Source: Verrucomicrobiia bacterium (GTDB taxonomy: Bacteria; Verrucomicrobiota; Verrucomicrobiia; Limisphaerales; Palsa-1400). From it: 64,000 nucleotides of DNA. Made by a program: the position numbers and the translations under genes. The notes under the pieces are model-generated. The model was not told the DNA's origin and made no database searches. It worked only from the letters and a program-made list of their open reading frames with translations. The stretch lies in contig DATAUD010000119.1 in assembly GCA_036268455.1 (NCBI GenBank), positions 21,155-85,154 of the forward strand, written 5' to 3'. This document shows, piece after piece, positions 45,272 to 54,178 of the stretch. Position 1 is the first letter of the stretch. Each line of letters starts with the position of its first letter.

Positions 45272-46426
45272 TCAAAGGCCTGTCTTCATAAAACGGCGAA
45301 GCATATTTCCAATCACAACGATCGTCGCCGCGAGGAAACAACCCGCCGTAATCAGTACCGCAGGCGTCGATAAATGCGGCGGATTTTGAAGGTTGGCCTG
45401 AATCTGCAATAACATCTGCGTGAGCATAAAAATCGCCCCAAAGAGCGCCATCCACAGAAAGCGATGGAACACATACTCCGCCGTTTCGCCGATTCGTTCC
45501 GGCGCCAGCCAATAATCCCGGTTGGGGATATTAAACGTGTGCTTGCTGATCGACCCAAAGCGCACGGAATAACCAATTCCGACGAAAAACAACGGAAAGC
45601 CGACACCCACCAACAACCAAATCAGCGCGGAATGAGACTGGGTCATCCAATAATCCGGGTTCCCCGCGAGATTGAAATGCGTGGCGACGATTTTTTGCGA
45701 GAGAAACGCGTTCGCCACGATGACACCCAACGTGGTTGTTTTCAGCCAAGTCGCCAAAACCGGCCCTCCGCTCGCCGCGACGCCTTTGCTCAACGCCGCC
45801 GCCGTAATGGCCTTCGCCAGCGCCGCCGGCGCGGCCTGGACTGAATTGGCCGTCAGCGCCCCATCGATTGCGTCCGTCGTCGAACTCACCCCATGTTCGA
45901 CAAAAAATTGCCGCAGCTTTTCCAGCGCCCGGTGCAAGCGCGTCGTCGCCGCTCCTTCGCTTCCTCCCAAAGCCACGCCAACTTCGCGCATGCTCTTCCC
46001 GTAGAAAAACCGCAGGACCACGGCGTGCCGGTCGATTTCATTCAAACTCTCCATCGCCGCATCGAGCAGCGGCTCGATTTGCGTCCAGACATCCGATTCA
46101 TTTTGGTTTGTGATAGTTTGCAACTGGGCCTCCTCTTCTCGCCGCGCCCGGCGAATTTCTCCTCTAATGGTCGTGAGCGCGGTCAGGCGCGCGGTTTGAT
46201 ACAGCCAGCCTTCGAGGATGACATTCTTTCCCAACTGACTCGCTTTCCTTGCCAGCAGCACAAAAACCGCCTGTGTGATTTCCTCCGCTTGATGCGTATT
46301 GCCCGTATGCCTGAGCGCCGCGGAATAGACCTTATTGAGATGTCGCGAAACCAGCTCGGCAAAAGCTTCCTCCGAGGCGTTACCGCCGTACTCGCGCAAC
46401 AGAGCATTGTCATCCAATTCCAGCAT
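45272..46426 (-). CDS. ECF sigma factor fused to a C-terminal multi-pass membrane domain
   Basis: Region 2 (EEAFAELVSRHLNKVYSAALRHTGNTHQAEEITQAVFVLLARK) and region 4 (LRFFYGKSMREVGVALGGSEGAATTRLHRALEKL), followed by about 200 aa with 4-5 hydrophobic helices. Confidence 0.8.
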   Translation of the reverse strand: MLELDDNALLREYGGNASEEAFAELVSRHLNKVYSAALRHTGNTHQAEEITQAVFVLLARKASQLGKNVILEGWLYQTARLTALTTIRGEIRRARREEEAQLQTITNQNESDVWTQIEPLLDAAMESLNEIDRHAVVLRFFYGKSMREVGVALGGSEGAATTRLHRALEKLRQFFVEHGVSSTTDAIDGALTANSVQAAPAALAKAITAAALSKGVAASGGPVLATWLKTTTLGVIVANAFLSQKIVATHFNLAGNPDYWMTQSHSALIWLLVGVGFPLFFVGIGYSVRFGSISKHTFNIPNRDYWLAPERIGETAEYVFHRFLWMALFGAIFMLTQMLLQIQANLQNPPHLSTPAVLITAGCFLAATIVVIGNMLRRFMKTGL

Positions 46427-46479
46427 CTATAAGTAAATGCCGCCAACCGGCAAAACCTTACAGAAAAGATGGATGAAGA

Positions 46480-47835
46480 TCACGCTGCCTCAAATTCCGG
46501 CGCCTTCTTGTTCCGATCCTGCGCCAGCAGTGCGTCGCGGGTCATCAGCCGGAATATGTCGGGGATCGCGTTGATTTCCGCCGGTATTTCCGCCTGATTG
46601 GTGCAAAGCGTGGCGTAACTGTGCTTGTCCGTGGGATGGTAGCCGTGCATCCCTTGAATCGGCTTTGCTCCCATATCGCTCGGAACAATCAGCACTCCCT
46701 CTTTGACGAGGAAAATTAATTCACCAAAATACCTGTCCTCGAAAAACGCTCCAAGCGATGTCAATTCGGCATCGCCGACAATGCGGCCCGCTGGCACTGC
46801 GGATAAGCAGTCCGTCACAAGTTGCCGGGCGCGGTCGTTGAAAAACCAAAATCGCGCCATGGTCGAGTCGTACACCACCGCATAGTCCGCACCAAAACGC
46901 AGTGGCAGCGCCTTCACCAGCGATCGTAAATCCAGCACTTCATCGCAATTCGCCATACCGTGATCGCTGAACACATAAAGGCGGACTTCGGAGTAATGCT
47001 CATTAGCGGCGGCCAGCAATTCATCGATCCACTTTTCGTAAAGCCGCAGTTTTGGGCCGATTTCCGGCGAGCGATTCCCAACGTAGTGGAGCAGCCCGTC
47101 CAGCCCCGGCCAATATTGAAACGCAAAATCAATCCGTTCCGCCCGAATATCCGCACTCAGCGCGGCCATGCTTGCGGTTTCGTTCAAGGCCGGATCGCTG
47201 ACGTGATACGGAATCTGGCGCTCCTCAAGGAAATCAAAAATGTTTGGCCCCCTGTTCATTCCGCCGGGCTTCAGCGGGCTTTTTTGCTCCGAGAACGTGA
47301 AAAGCGAGATGTGCTCGAACGGGATGTTGTAAAGATCAAAGTAGCCCCTGAAATTGAGGTGGCGTTTGACAAGCCGGGAAAGAAAGCGCCGGAAAATCCG
47401 CCGCCGGGTAATCGCGGACGGCAGCCACCGAAACGGGCGAAGCGATTTGAACGGCGAGTTTTGCGGGTCGTACACGAAATAGTTCCAGTTGCGATGCTCC
47501 ACGGGCCAGCGTCCCGAAAGAATGGAAGGCACACAGGCGGAACTGTAACCAAAGACGGAAGTCAACCGCTTGCGATTCGGCGCGCGCGCCGCCATGAACG
47601 GGTCCCTCTTGATGATTTCCCACCCGCACGCGTCGATGAACACGAATAGCGGCAGGATCGCTTTCACTTCCGAAATTCCCCCGCCTTTGGCTGGCGTGAC
47701 GGCTTCGGGGCAGGCCGCCTTTTGGCCAAATGGCTGATCCGAATCGAACGTGTATAAGCATCCCGCCTGCTCCAAACCACAAAAAGGGGAATGTTCCGCC
47801 GGAATTTGCGCGTTCTGGGCAAAACCGCCCCCCAT
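46480..47835 (-). CDS. alkaline-phosphatase superfamily protein (type I phosphodiesterase/nucleotide pyrophosphatase-like)
   Basis: LFVFIDACGWEI...FGYSSACVPSILSGRWPVEH...VFSDHGM motifs (metal ligands D, S/T nucleophile, DHG). Start uncertain: ATG 47835 or an internal GTG. Confidence 0.7.
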   Translation of the reverse strand: MGGGFAQNAQIPAEHSPFCGLEQAGCLYTFDSDQPFGQKAACPEAVTPAKGGGISEVKAILPLFVFIDACGWEIIKRDPFMAARAPNRKRLTSVFGYSSACVPSILSGRWPVEHRNWNYFVYDPQNSPFKSLRPFRWLPSAITRRRIFRRFLSRLVKRHLNFRGYFDLYNIPFEHISLFTFSEQKSPLKPGGMNRGPNIFDFLEERQIPYHVSDPALNETASMAALSADIRAERIDFAFQYWPGLDGLLHYVGNRSPEIGPKLRLYEKWIDELLAAANEHYSEVRLYVFSDHGMANCDEVLDLRSLVKALPLRFGADYAVVYDSTMARFWFFNDRARQLVTDCLSAVPAGRIVGDAELTSLGAFFEDRYFGELIFLVKEGVLIVPSDMGAKPIQGMHGYHPTDKHSYATLCTNQAEIPAEINAIPDIFRLMTRDALLAQDRNKKAPEFEAA

Positions 47836-47863
47836 GATTCGCAGTCCATTTGCTTCATCATCG

Positions 47864-48385
47864 TCATGAGCACATCCTTTTGTCCAATTGCCCCAAATCA
47901 GCCCCGCCATTCCAATCCCATTGGCCTCGCGGCGTGGATTCCAACCGCGAAAAAAATTGCATTCGCCCCAGCTTCGCCGCCTTCGCCAGATACGTCTTTG
48001 CCGCGTCGCCATCCGCCGCTCCCAGCCGCGGGCCGGCCAACAACGCGACCAACGCCATTGGCCCAAGTCCGTAAGAACGCACGACGCGAATCCATTGTTT
48101 TACTTCTGGCGGCAGTTGGCCATTCTGGCATGCAACGATGATGATATTCGCGTTTGACGCCTCTGCGGCGGCGATGGATTGCAACCGCGGAACGCTGAGG
48201 GATTTAAAGCTGGCCAAATCTGTCTCAAGTTTCCAATCAACGCCCAGGTTCTCAGCCAGGACATCGCACGTTTCCTTGGCGCGCTTTCCAGCGGCCATAT
48301 CTTCGTAGGCAATGAAGATTCGCAACGCGAGATTGACGTCGGGAATGGAAGAATCAAAGAACGTGGTGTTTGACGTATAATGCAT
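47864..48385 (-). CDS. hypothetical protein (alpha/beta, flavodoxin/TIR-like strand pattern)
   Basis: ORF of 173 aa in an operon-like position. RIFIAYED...NIIIVACQNG alternating strand/helix pattern. No family recognised. Confidence 0.5.
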   Translation of the reverse strand: MHYTSNTTFFDSSIPDVNLALRIFIAYEDMAAGKRAKETCDVLAENLGVDWKLETDLASFKSLSVPRLQSIAAAEASNANIIIVACQNGQLPPEVKQWIRVVRSYGLGPMALVALLAGPRLGAADGDAAKTYLAKAAKLGRMQFFSRLESTPRGQWDWNGGADLGQLDKRMCS

Positions 48386-48455
48386 ACGTTACTGATTACG
48401 GCAAATACGCTTTCGCAGAAATGGGGTGTGCGCCCCGAATTTTGCGGGGAATATT

Positions 48456-48483
48456 TTAGAGACGGTCTTTTAGAGACGGTCTT
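48456..48483. repeat. perfect 14-bp tandem duplication TTAGAGACGGTCTT x2
   Basis: Read directly (48456-69 and 48470-83). The distal copy supplies the pqiB stop codon. Confidence 0.9.
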
Positions 48484-49394
48484 GCGCCCGGCGGCGGCGC
48501 GACGGCGGGAGCCTGTGCGGGCAGATTCAGCAGTATCGATGGCGCCCAAGTTTTCCATTCGTCCTTCGATTTTTCGCTCAAATCAAAGACCGCTCCGTTG
48601 GTGACAGCCTCCCCCGGATTAGGAGGAGTCGCAAAGGCAATTCCGCCGCCCAGCAACGATTGGGCCGATTCGGCGCTGATCTCCGCCCCTTTGAACAAGC
48701 CGAAATGCACGTCCACCCCGCCGGCGTTCCAAAATACGGAATTCGCCCGCACCAAAGGGGCGTACTCCTCGCGGACCCGTGCCCGAATCATCACTGCATG
48801 GCCGTCGAACGCCAGTTGGTAGCCGGTGACTTCGCCCACCTGAATGCCACGATAAAAAACGGGCGAAGTTTGCTGCATCGAGTTAAGGGAACTGGAGCGA
48901 ACGGTGATGTTCAAAGCTCGCGGCAGCACCTCCAACGGCTTGTTCTCCGCGCCCATAAAAACGTTGGTAGGCGCGCCGTGGCCGGGTTGAACGTCGATAT
49001 AAACCCCGGATACAATCGTTTGCAAACCGCTGATCATTCCCACTTTAACTTCAGGACGCACGATCCAGAATACGGAACCGTCGCGAGCAATATCTTTGGC
49101 CGCGCTGGAAAGGCGCGTTTGGACCATTACAGATTTTAAATTCGAGGCCAGTTTCAGCGACTTCACCTCGCCAATCTGGGAACCCAGATATTCGATCTGT
49201 GTGTTCCCGGCCTGCACGCCATCCACGTTGTGAAAGTAAATCGTGATGAGCGGCCCCGACGCGACGTAGTCACGGTAAATGAACCAAAGACAAAGCGCCG
49301 CCGCCCCGATTGGCACCAGCCAGAGCAGCCATGCGGGCCGGGCTTTTTTAATGACGGCTTTGGGCACGCCTTTATCGGCAACCAGCCTATTCAT
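48456..49394 (-). CDS. pqiB: PqiB/MlaD-family (MCE domain) protein
   Basis: N-terminal TM (AWLLWLVPIGAAALCLWFIY) then two MCE-like domains (ITIYFHNVDGVQAGNTQIEYLGSQIGEV; ITVRSSSLNSMQQTSPVFYRGIQVGEV). Overlaps pqiA by 8 nt. Confidence 0.8.
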   Translation of the reverse strand: MNRLVADKGVPKAVIKKARPAWLLWLVPIGAAALCLWFIYRDYVASGPLITIYFHNVDGVQAGNTQIEYLGSQIGEVKSLKLASNLKSVMVQTRLSSAAKDIARDGSVFWIVRPEVKVGMISGLQTIVSGVYIDVQPGHGAPTNVFMGAENKPLEVLPRALNITVRSSSLNSMQQTSPVFYRGIQVGEVTGYQLAFDGHAVMIRARVREEYAPLVRANSVFWNAGGVDVHFGLFKGAEISAESAQSLLGGGIAFATPPNPGEAVTNGAVFDLSEKSKDEWKTWAPSILLNLPAQAPAVAPPPGARPSLKDRL

Positions 49395-50073
49395 ATCGTT
49401 TTTTGTCCTCGGGAGAATCCCACAGCAACCTCGAATCGAAGCTTAACGTCGCCAGCAATGTCAGAGCCACCACGGCGGCAAACGAGAATACGCCCCGGCC
49501 GGGATGTATCGTCGCCACCTCGCCCATTTCCACCACCGAAACGCAGATGGCCAGCAGAAAAACCTCCAGCATATTCCAAGGGTCAATCACATAAGTGATC
49601 TTGTGCATCCAGGTGCGGGCCTTTTTCCATCGCGGCCATTCAATCGTCAGTGAGAGAAACAGAAGGCAGATGATTTTTAGCGCCGGTGAGAGAATGCTCG
49701 TGCAGAATACCAGGCACCCGATGAAATATTGGCGCGCCGTAAACAAGCCCTTAATGCCTTGGAAAATCGTGGTTTGCGAGTGTAGCCCGTGATATTGCAC
49801 GGTCACAATCGGATACAGATTTGCGGGAAAATAAAGAATCAGCGCGGCGAGTGAAAATGTGAGCGTTCGCAGCCGCGAATTCGGCTGGCGATGAAACAGC
49901 TTGAATTTGCAGCGGGCGCAGCAGGCTATTGATCCTTTCGGGATTTCTCCCACCTCTTGAACAAGTCCGCATGTTTGGCACGCGGTCAATGTGTGCGCTG
50001 TCGTTCCCCTAACATCTCTCTCCACCCCTCTATTTTTCACCTTTTCTACGGGTGTGACAATGGGTGCTGACAC
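49387..50073 (-). CDS. pqiA: PqiA-family integral membrane protein (single module)
   Basis: GTG start. CQTCG...CCARCKFKL zinc-ribbon-like N-terminus followed by TM helices (LTFSLAALILYFPANLYPIVTV), as in paraquat-inducible protein A. Confidence 0.75.
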   Translation of the reverse strand: MSAPIVTPVEKVKNRGVERDVRGTTAHTLTACQTCGLVQEVGEIPKGSIACCARCKFKLFHRQPNSRLRTLTFSLAALILYFPANLYPIVTVQYHGLHSQTTIFQGIKGLFTARQYFIGCLVFCTSILSPALKIICLLFLSLTIEWPRWKKARTWMHKITYVIDPWNMLEVFLLAICVSVVEMGEVATIHPGRGVFSFAAVVALTLLATLSFDSRLLWDSPEDKKRYE

Positions 50074-50140
50074 TACCGTCCTATTAAGGTCTTCACCTAC
50101 TTAGCGCGATTCGCCTCGTGCCTTAGATTTTGACGAGTAA

Positions 50141-52396
50141 ATGCCGCACGACTCGAACAACTCACATTCCATTGGTCGCGGTGAGGCGTTGACGACCCAG
50201 TCGGGACGCCTCCAACGGGCGTGGCATGCCGCGCGCGGTTTCGCGCTTCGCCAGCCCAACGGCCAATTTGTTGAAACCATCGTTGTGGTCTGGCTGACCC
50301 TCTCCGTCGCCAGCGTCGTCCTGGCAAGCGCCACGTGGATTCAATTCTCGGGAAAATTAAATACCGCCACACAGACAGTCGCCATCCGAATCAAATTAGA
50401 GGCGATCTATAATCTTCTTCTTCAAGCCGACAGCAGCCAGGGTGCCTATGTCATTACCGGCGACAAGCAATTCCTCAAATCATTGGACTCGAGTTCCAAA
50501 AGTTTGCCGCCCCTTTTTGAGCAACTTGCCGTGCTGGCGCAGAACGATCCCGTGTTGCTCAAGCGCGTCATGGACTTGCACGGCCAGGCCGAGGTGAGTC
50601 TCAATTACCAGCACCGTGTCGTCGCCGCCCGCCAGGAGCAAGGGCAAGCCGCAGCCGCCGCACTGGTCGCCACCGGCGAAGGCCAGAGCATGATGGAAGC
50701 CATTCGCAAGGACACCGATGAAATTGCCAACGAGCGGGCCGACCACCTCGTTTCCGACCAGGACGGAAGCGCCCGCTATCAACTGAAGCGCGCCAGCTTG
50801 ACTGGCCTTACCGCCGGCATCCTCGGAATCGGCGCCGGAGTTCTGGCTTTTGCGCTCTCACGGTTGACCGTTAAACATCAGGAGCGCGAGCGTGAATTGA
50901 TCGAAGCCCGCCTCCAGGCGGAGCGGCGCAGCCAGGAAAAGACCGCTTTCCTCGCCAACATGAGCCATGAAATCCGCACGCCGATGAATGCCATTCTCGG
51001 GTTCAGCGAACTTTTGGAGGAGGATTTGCGCGCGTCCAAACACCGCACCTATTTGCAATCCATCCGGCGCAGCGCCTCCTCGCTCCTTCAACTCATCAAC
51101 GACATGCTCGACATGTCGAAAATCGAGGCTGGCGTCCTCGAATTGCGGCCTGAACCGACCGATCCGCGTGAAATTTGCAATTTCATCCAAAGCGTCTTTT
51201 CCGAGACCGCCGCAAAAAAGGGTTTGTGGATGTCCTGCAAAATTGCTGGCGATCTGCCGCATGCTCTCTTGCTCGATCGGATTCGTTTGCGCCAGATTTT
51301 GGTGAACCTTGTGGGGAATGCCGTCAAGTTTACCGATCACGGCGGGATCGAGACTCGCATGAGTTGGGAAAAACAAACGGATGGCGGCCGAGTCACGCTC
51401 GTCATCGAAGTCGAGGACACCGGCGTCGGCATTCCGTTGGACCGCCTGGAAGCGATCTTCAAGCCGTTTGTCCAGGCAGGCGCGCATCGCGAAAAGGAGA
51501 ACCAGGGGGCGGGGCTTGGACTTTCGATTGTCAAACGCCTGACCGAAATAATGGCGGGCACCGTCACAGCCAGCAGCATGCCGGGGCGCGGTTCGATCTT
51601 TCACTTGCGGTTTCCCGATGTCCCGGTTTCGGCGCGCCTGCCTTTGACCGAGTTGGCCAAAGACCGGGTGGCGACGGATTTCAATGCCCTTCGCCCCTCA
51701 AGATTGTTGGCTGTCGATGACAATGAGACCAATCGCCAGCTTCTTGGCGCAATGTTTGCGGGTTCGCATCATCGGCTCTTCCTCGCCTCTGGCGGACGGG
51801 AAGCTGTGGAAAAGGCCCGCCAACTCCGGCCCGATATTATCTTGCTGGATATTCGGATGCCAGACATCGACGGCTGCGAAGTGCTCGATACGTTGCGAAA
51901 GATTCAAGGGCTTGAGGTGACGCCAGTCATTGCGATCACCGCTTCGGGTTTGATTTCCGAGGAAAACGCGATGAAGGCGCACTTCAGCGGTTATGTCCGG
52001 AAGCCCTTTACCCGCCAGGATATTTTTGACCAACTGGCGCAATTCCTTCCGTCGCAAGTCACCAAAGAATCCGCCCCCGCGCCAGCCATTGCAGACACCC
52101 GCAACGCTTCGGCCTCCGCCGTTCCTCGCGAGGTTCTTGTGGAAGTGCAACGGCTGATGGACGCCGAGTGGCCGTCCGTGCGGGACAGCGTGGCCATCAA
52201 TGAAAGCAAAGCCTTTGCGTCCAAACTTGATGTGCTCGGCCGGCGTTGGAGTTGCGAACCGCTGATTTCCTACGCGCGAATCCTTCGGAGCCACGCGGAA
52301 AGTTACGCGGTGGTCGATCTTGAGAATACGTTAATGGATTTTTCCAATGTGTCTCGGGAACTGCATCGCCAAGCCTCGGACTATGCAATCAAATGA
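50141..52396 (+). CDS. CHASE3-domain hybrid sensor histidine kinase/response regulator
   Basis: TM, CHASE3 (LLLQADSSQGAYVITGDKQFLKSL...), TM, HisKA (ANMSHEIRTPMNAILGFSELL), HATPase_c, REC (RLLAVDDNETN...DIILLDIRMPDIDG), plus about 110 aa of helical C-terminal extension. Confidence 0.9.
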   Translation: MPHDSNNSHSIGRGEALTTQSGRLQRAWHAARGFALRQPNGQFVETIVVVWLTLSVASVVLASATWIQFSGKLNTATQTVAIRIKLEAIYNLLLQADSSQGAYVITGDKQFLKSLDSSSKSLPPLFEQLAVLAQNDPVLLKRVMDLHGQAEVSLNYQHRVVAARQEQGQAAAAALVATGEGQSMMEAIRKDTDEIANERADHLVSDQDGSARYQLKRASLTGLTAGILGIGAGVLAFALSRLTVKHQERERELIEARLQAERRSQEKTAFLANMSHEIRTPMNAILGFSELLEEDLRASKHRTYLQSIRRSASSLLQLINDMLDMSKIEAGVLELRPEPTDPREICNFIQSVFSETAAKKGLWMSCKIAGDLPHALLLDRIRLRQILVNLVGNAVKFTDHGGIETRMSWEKQTDGGRVTLVIEVEDTGVGIPLDRLEAIFKPFVQAGAHREKENQGAGLGLSIVKRLTEIMAGTVTASSMPGRGSIFHLRFPDVPVSARLPLTELAKDRVATDFNALRPSRLLAVDDNETNRQLLGAMFAGSHHRLFLASGGREAVEKARQLRPDIILLDIRMPDIDGCEVLDTLRKIQGLEVTPVIAITASGLISEENAMKAHFSGYVRKPFTRQDIFDQLAQFLPSQVTKESAPAPAIADTRNASASAVPREVLVEVQRLMDAEWPSVRDSVAINESKAFASKLDVLGRRWSCEPLISYARILRSHAESYAVVDLENTLMDFSNVSRELHRQASDYAIK

Positions 52397-54177
52397 ATGC
52401 TTTATTGCAAAATATGGAGCCGTCGGCGCTGGACCTTCTCAAGGATCGGCGCATTCTCGTCGTGGACGATCAATGGACTAACATTCAGGTGGTGGGCGCG
52501 TTGCTCGGGGACCTGGGTGTGGAAATCATTCCGGCGCTCAACGGCCAGGAGGCCCTGGACCGGGCTTCCGCCTGCTCCCCGGATCTGGTCCTCCTTGACC
52601 TCATCATGCCCGGCATGGATGGTTGCGAGGTTTGCCGCCGTCTTTCCGAGACTGGGCAAGGCCGCGAAATTCCAATCATTTTTCTCTCCGCGGCGGATGA
52701 TAAGGACTTGGTCGTCCGCGCATTGACCGCCGGCGGCGTCGATTACATCACCAAACCGTTCAACTCGGCGGAATTGCTTTCCCGCGTTCGGACTCAACTT
52801 GCCCTGAAGTCAGCCCGTGATGATTTAAAGCAATTGGCTGAGGAAAAGGACGAACTTCTCGGGATGTTGACGCACGATTTGAAGAGCCTCCTCGGCGGAA
52901 TCAATTTGAGCGCTGGATTGGCGCAAGACCGCCTTGCGACGGTGAACAATCTTTCTGCCGCAAAATTGGCGGAGGAAATCGCCGACGGCAGCGCGCGCCT
53001 TCTCTCCTTTGTAAAACAATTCCTCGCCACCGCTGCCACAGACCACGCGATCCCCGCCGACTCCCATCGGGCCTCCCCAGTCGGACGCGTCCTCGTCACG
53101 GATGACCAGCCGGAAAACATCCAGTTGGTCGGCGCCATTTTGGGCCGCCTGGGTCACGAAATCATTCCGGCGACGGACGGTGCTACAGCCGTCAAACGAA
53201 TGGAGTTAAAAACGCCGGACCTGGTCCTTCTGGACCTTCTGATGCCGCGCATTGACGGCTTCGAAACGTGCCGCCGCCTCCGCTCCAAACCCGAAGGCAA
53301 AGAAGTTCCAATCATTTTCCTTTCCTCCGCGGGCGACAAGGATTTCATAGTTCGGGGCTTGCAGGCGGGGGCAGTGGATTATGTCACCAAACCGTTTCAC
53401 CAAGCCGAATTGGTGCTCAGAGTGCAAACCCAATTGGCCTTGAAGTTTACCCGCGACCGTTTGGCGCAACTGGCCTCAGACCGCGAACACTTGCTCGGCC
53501 TGCTGGCGGACGATTTCAAGAAACAACTGGAAAAAACGCTCGATCAAGCCCGCTCTTTAGAACATCGGACACAAGGATGCCCCGACGAACGCGCGGCCCA
53601 ATTGGCGGTGAATATCGCCCGTTCCGCGGAGCAACTGGTGGAGTTTGTGACGGGCTTTCTCAACGCAGCAGGCGAAAAGCCGGCGTTGCGACGGGTTCCG
53701 TTGAGTTTTTCCAACGCGGTGAAAGGGACAGTCAAACGCTATCTCGAATCAGCGCGGGAAAAGGACGTGCGCCTCGTTCTCGAACCGCCGCCACCGTCAG
53801 AAAACGACCTGGTGCTGGCGGACGAAACGGCGGTCAATCGAGTCCTGGATAATCTTGTCTCCAACGCGCTTAAATTTTCGCCTCGAAAAACAACCGTCCG
53901 GCTTTCCGTCCAATCCAGCGGCCGCCAAGTCCAATGCCGGATCGCCGACCAGGGCCCTGGTTTTACACCGGAGGATAAGACACGCATGTTTCGCCGGTTC
54001 GGGCGTCTTTCCGCCCGTCCCACAGGCGGCGAGCCTTCCACCGGCCTCGGCCTCAGCATAGTCCGAAAATTGACCCGGGCGATGGATGGCGAGATTACCT
54101 GCCAATCCGTTCCTGGCGAGGGCGCCGTTTTTACCGTCGGCCTGCCCCGCCTTCCCGGTCAACTCACCCAAAGCTGA
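52393..54177 (+). CDS. REC-DHp-REC-DHp(degenerate)-HATPase_c signalling protein
   Basis: ATGA overlap with the upstream gene. Two receiver domains (ILVVDDQ...DLVLLDLIMPGMDG; VLVTDDQ...DLVLLDLLMPRIDG). Each is followed by a DHp-like helix (LGMLTHDLKS versus LGLLADDFKK), and a single C-terminal ATPase (NLVSNALKFSP...DQGPGF...GLGLSIV). Confidence 0.85.
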   Translation: MNALLQNMEPSALDLLKDRRILVVDDQWTNIQVVGALLGDLGVEIIPALNGQEALDRASACSPDLVLLDLIMPGMDGCEVCRRLSETGQGREIPIIFLSAADDKDLVVRALTAGGVDYITKPFNSAELLSRVRTQLALKSARDDLKQLAEEKDELLGMLTHDLKSLLGGINLSAGLAQDRLATVNNLSAAKLAEEIADGSARLLSFVKQFLATAATDHAIPADSHRASPVGRVLVTDDQPENIQLVGAILGRLGHEIIPATDGATAVKRMELKTPDLVLLDLLMPRIDGFETCRRLRSKPEGKEVPIIFLSSAGDKDFIVRGLQAGAVDYVTKPFHQAELVLRVQTQLALKFTRDRLAQLASDREHLLGLLADDFKKQLEKTLDQARSLEHRTQGCPDERAAQLAVNIARSAEQLVEFVTGFLNAAGEKPALRRVPLSFSNAVKGTVKRYLESAREKDVRLVLEPPPPSENDLVLADETAVNRVLDNLVSNALKFSPRKTTVRLSVQSSGRQVQCRIADQGPGFTPEDKTRMFRRFGRLSARPTGGEPSTGLGLSIVRKLTRAMDGEITCQSVPGEGAVFTVGLPRLPGQLTQS

Positions 54178-54178
54178 C

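Noticed and set aside
43704-46426. Long N-terminal extensions in track ORFs (for example 43860..45512, 15267..17063, 16951..18921, 46480..48066, 57442..58680)
   Set aside because: The extensions lack homology or signal features and overlap neighbouring genes or spacers. Starts were moved to the Met or GTG preceding the signal peptide, Tat motif or first conserved domain.
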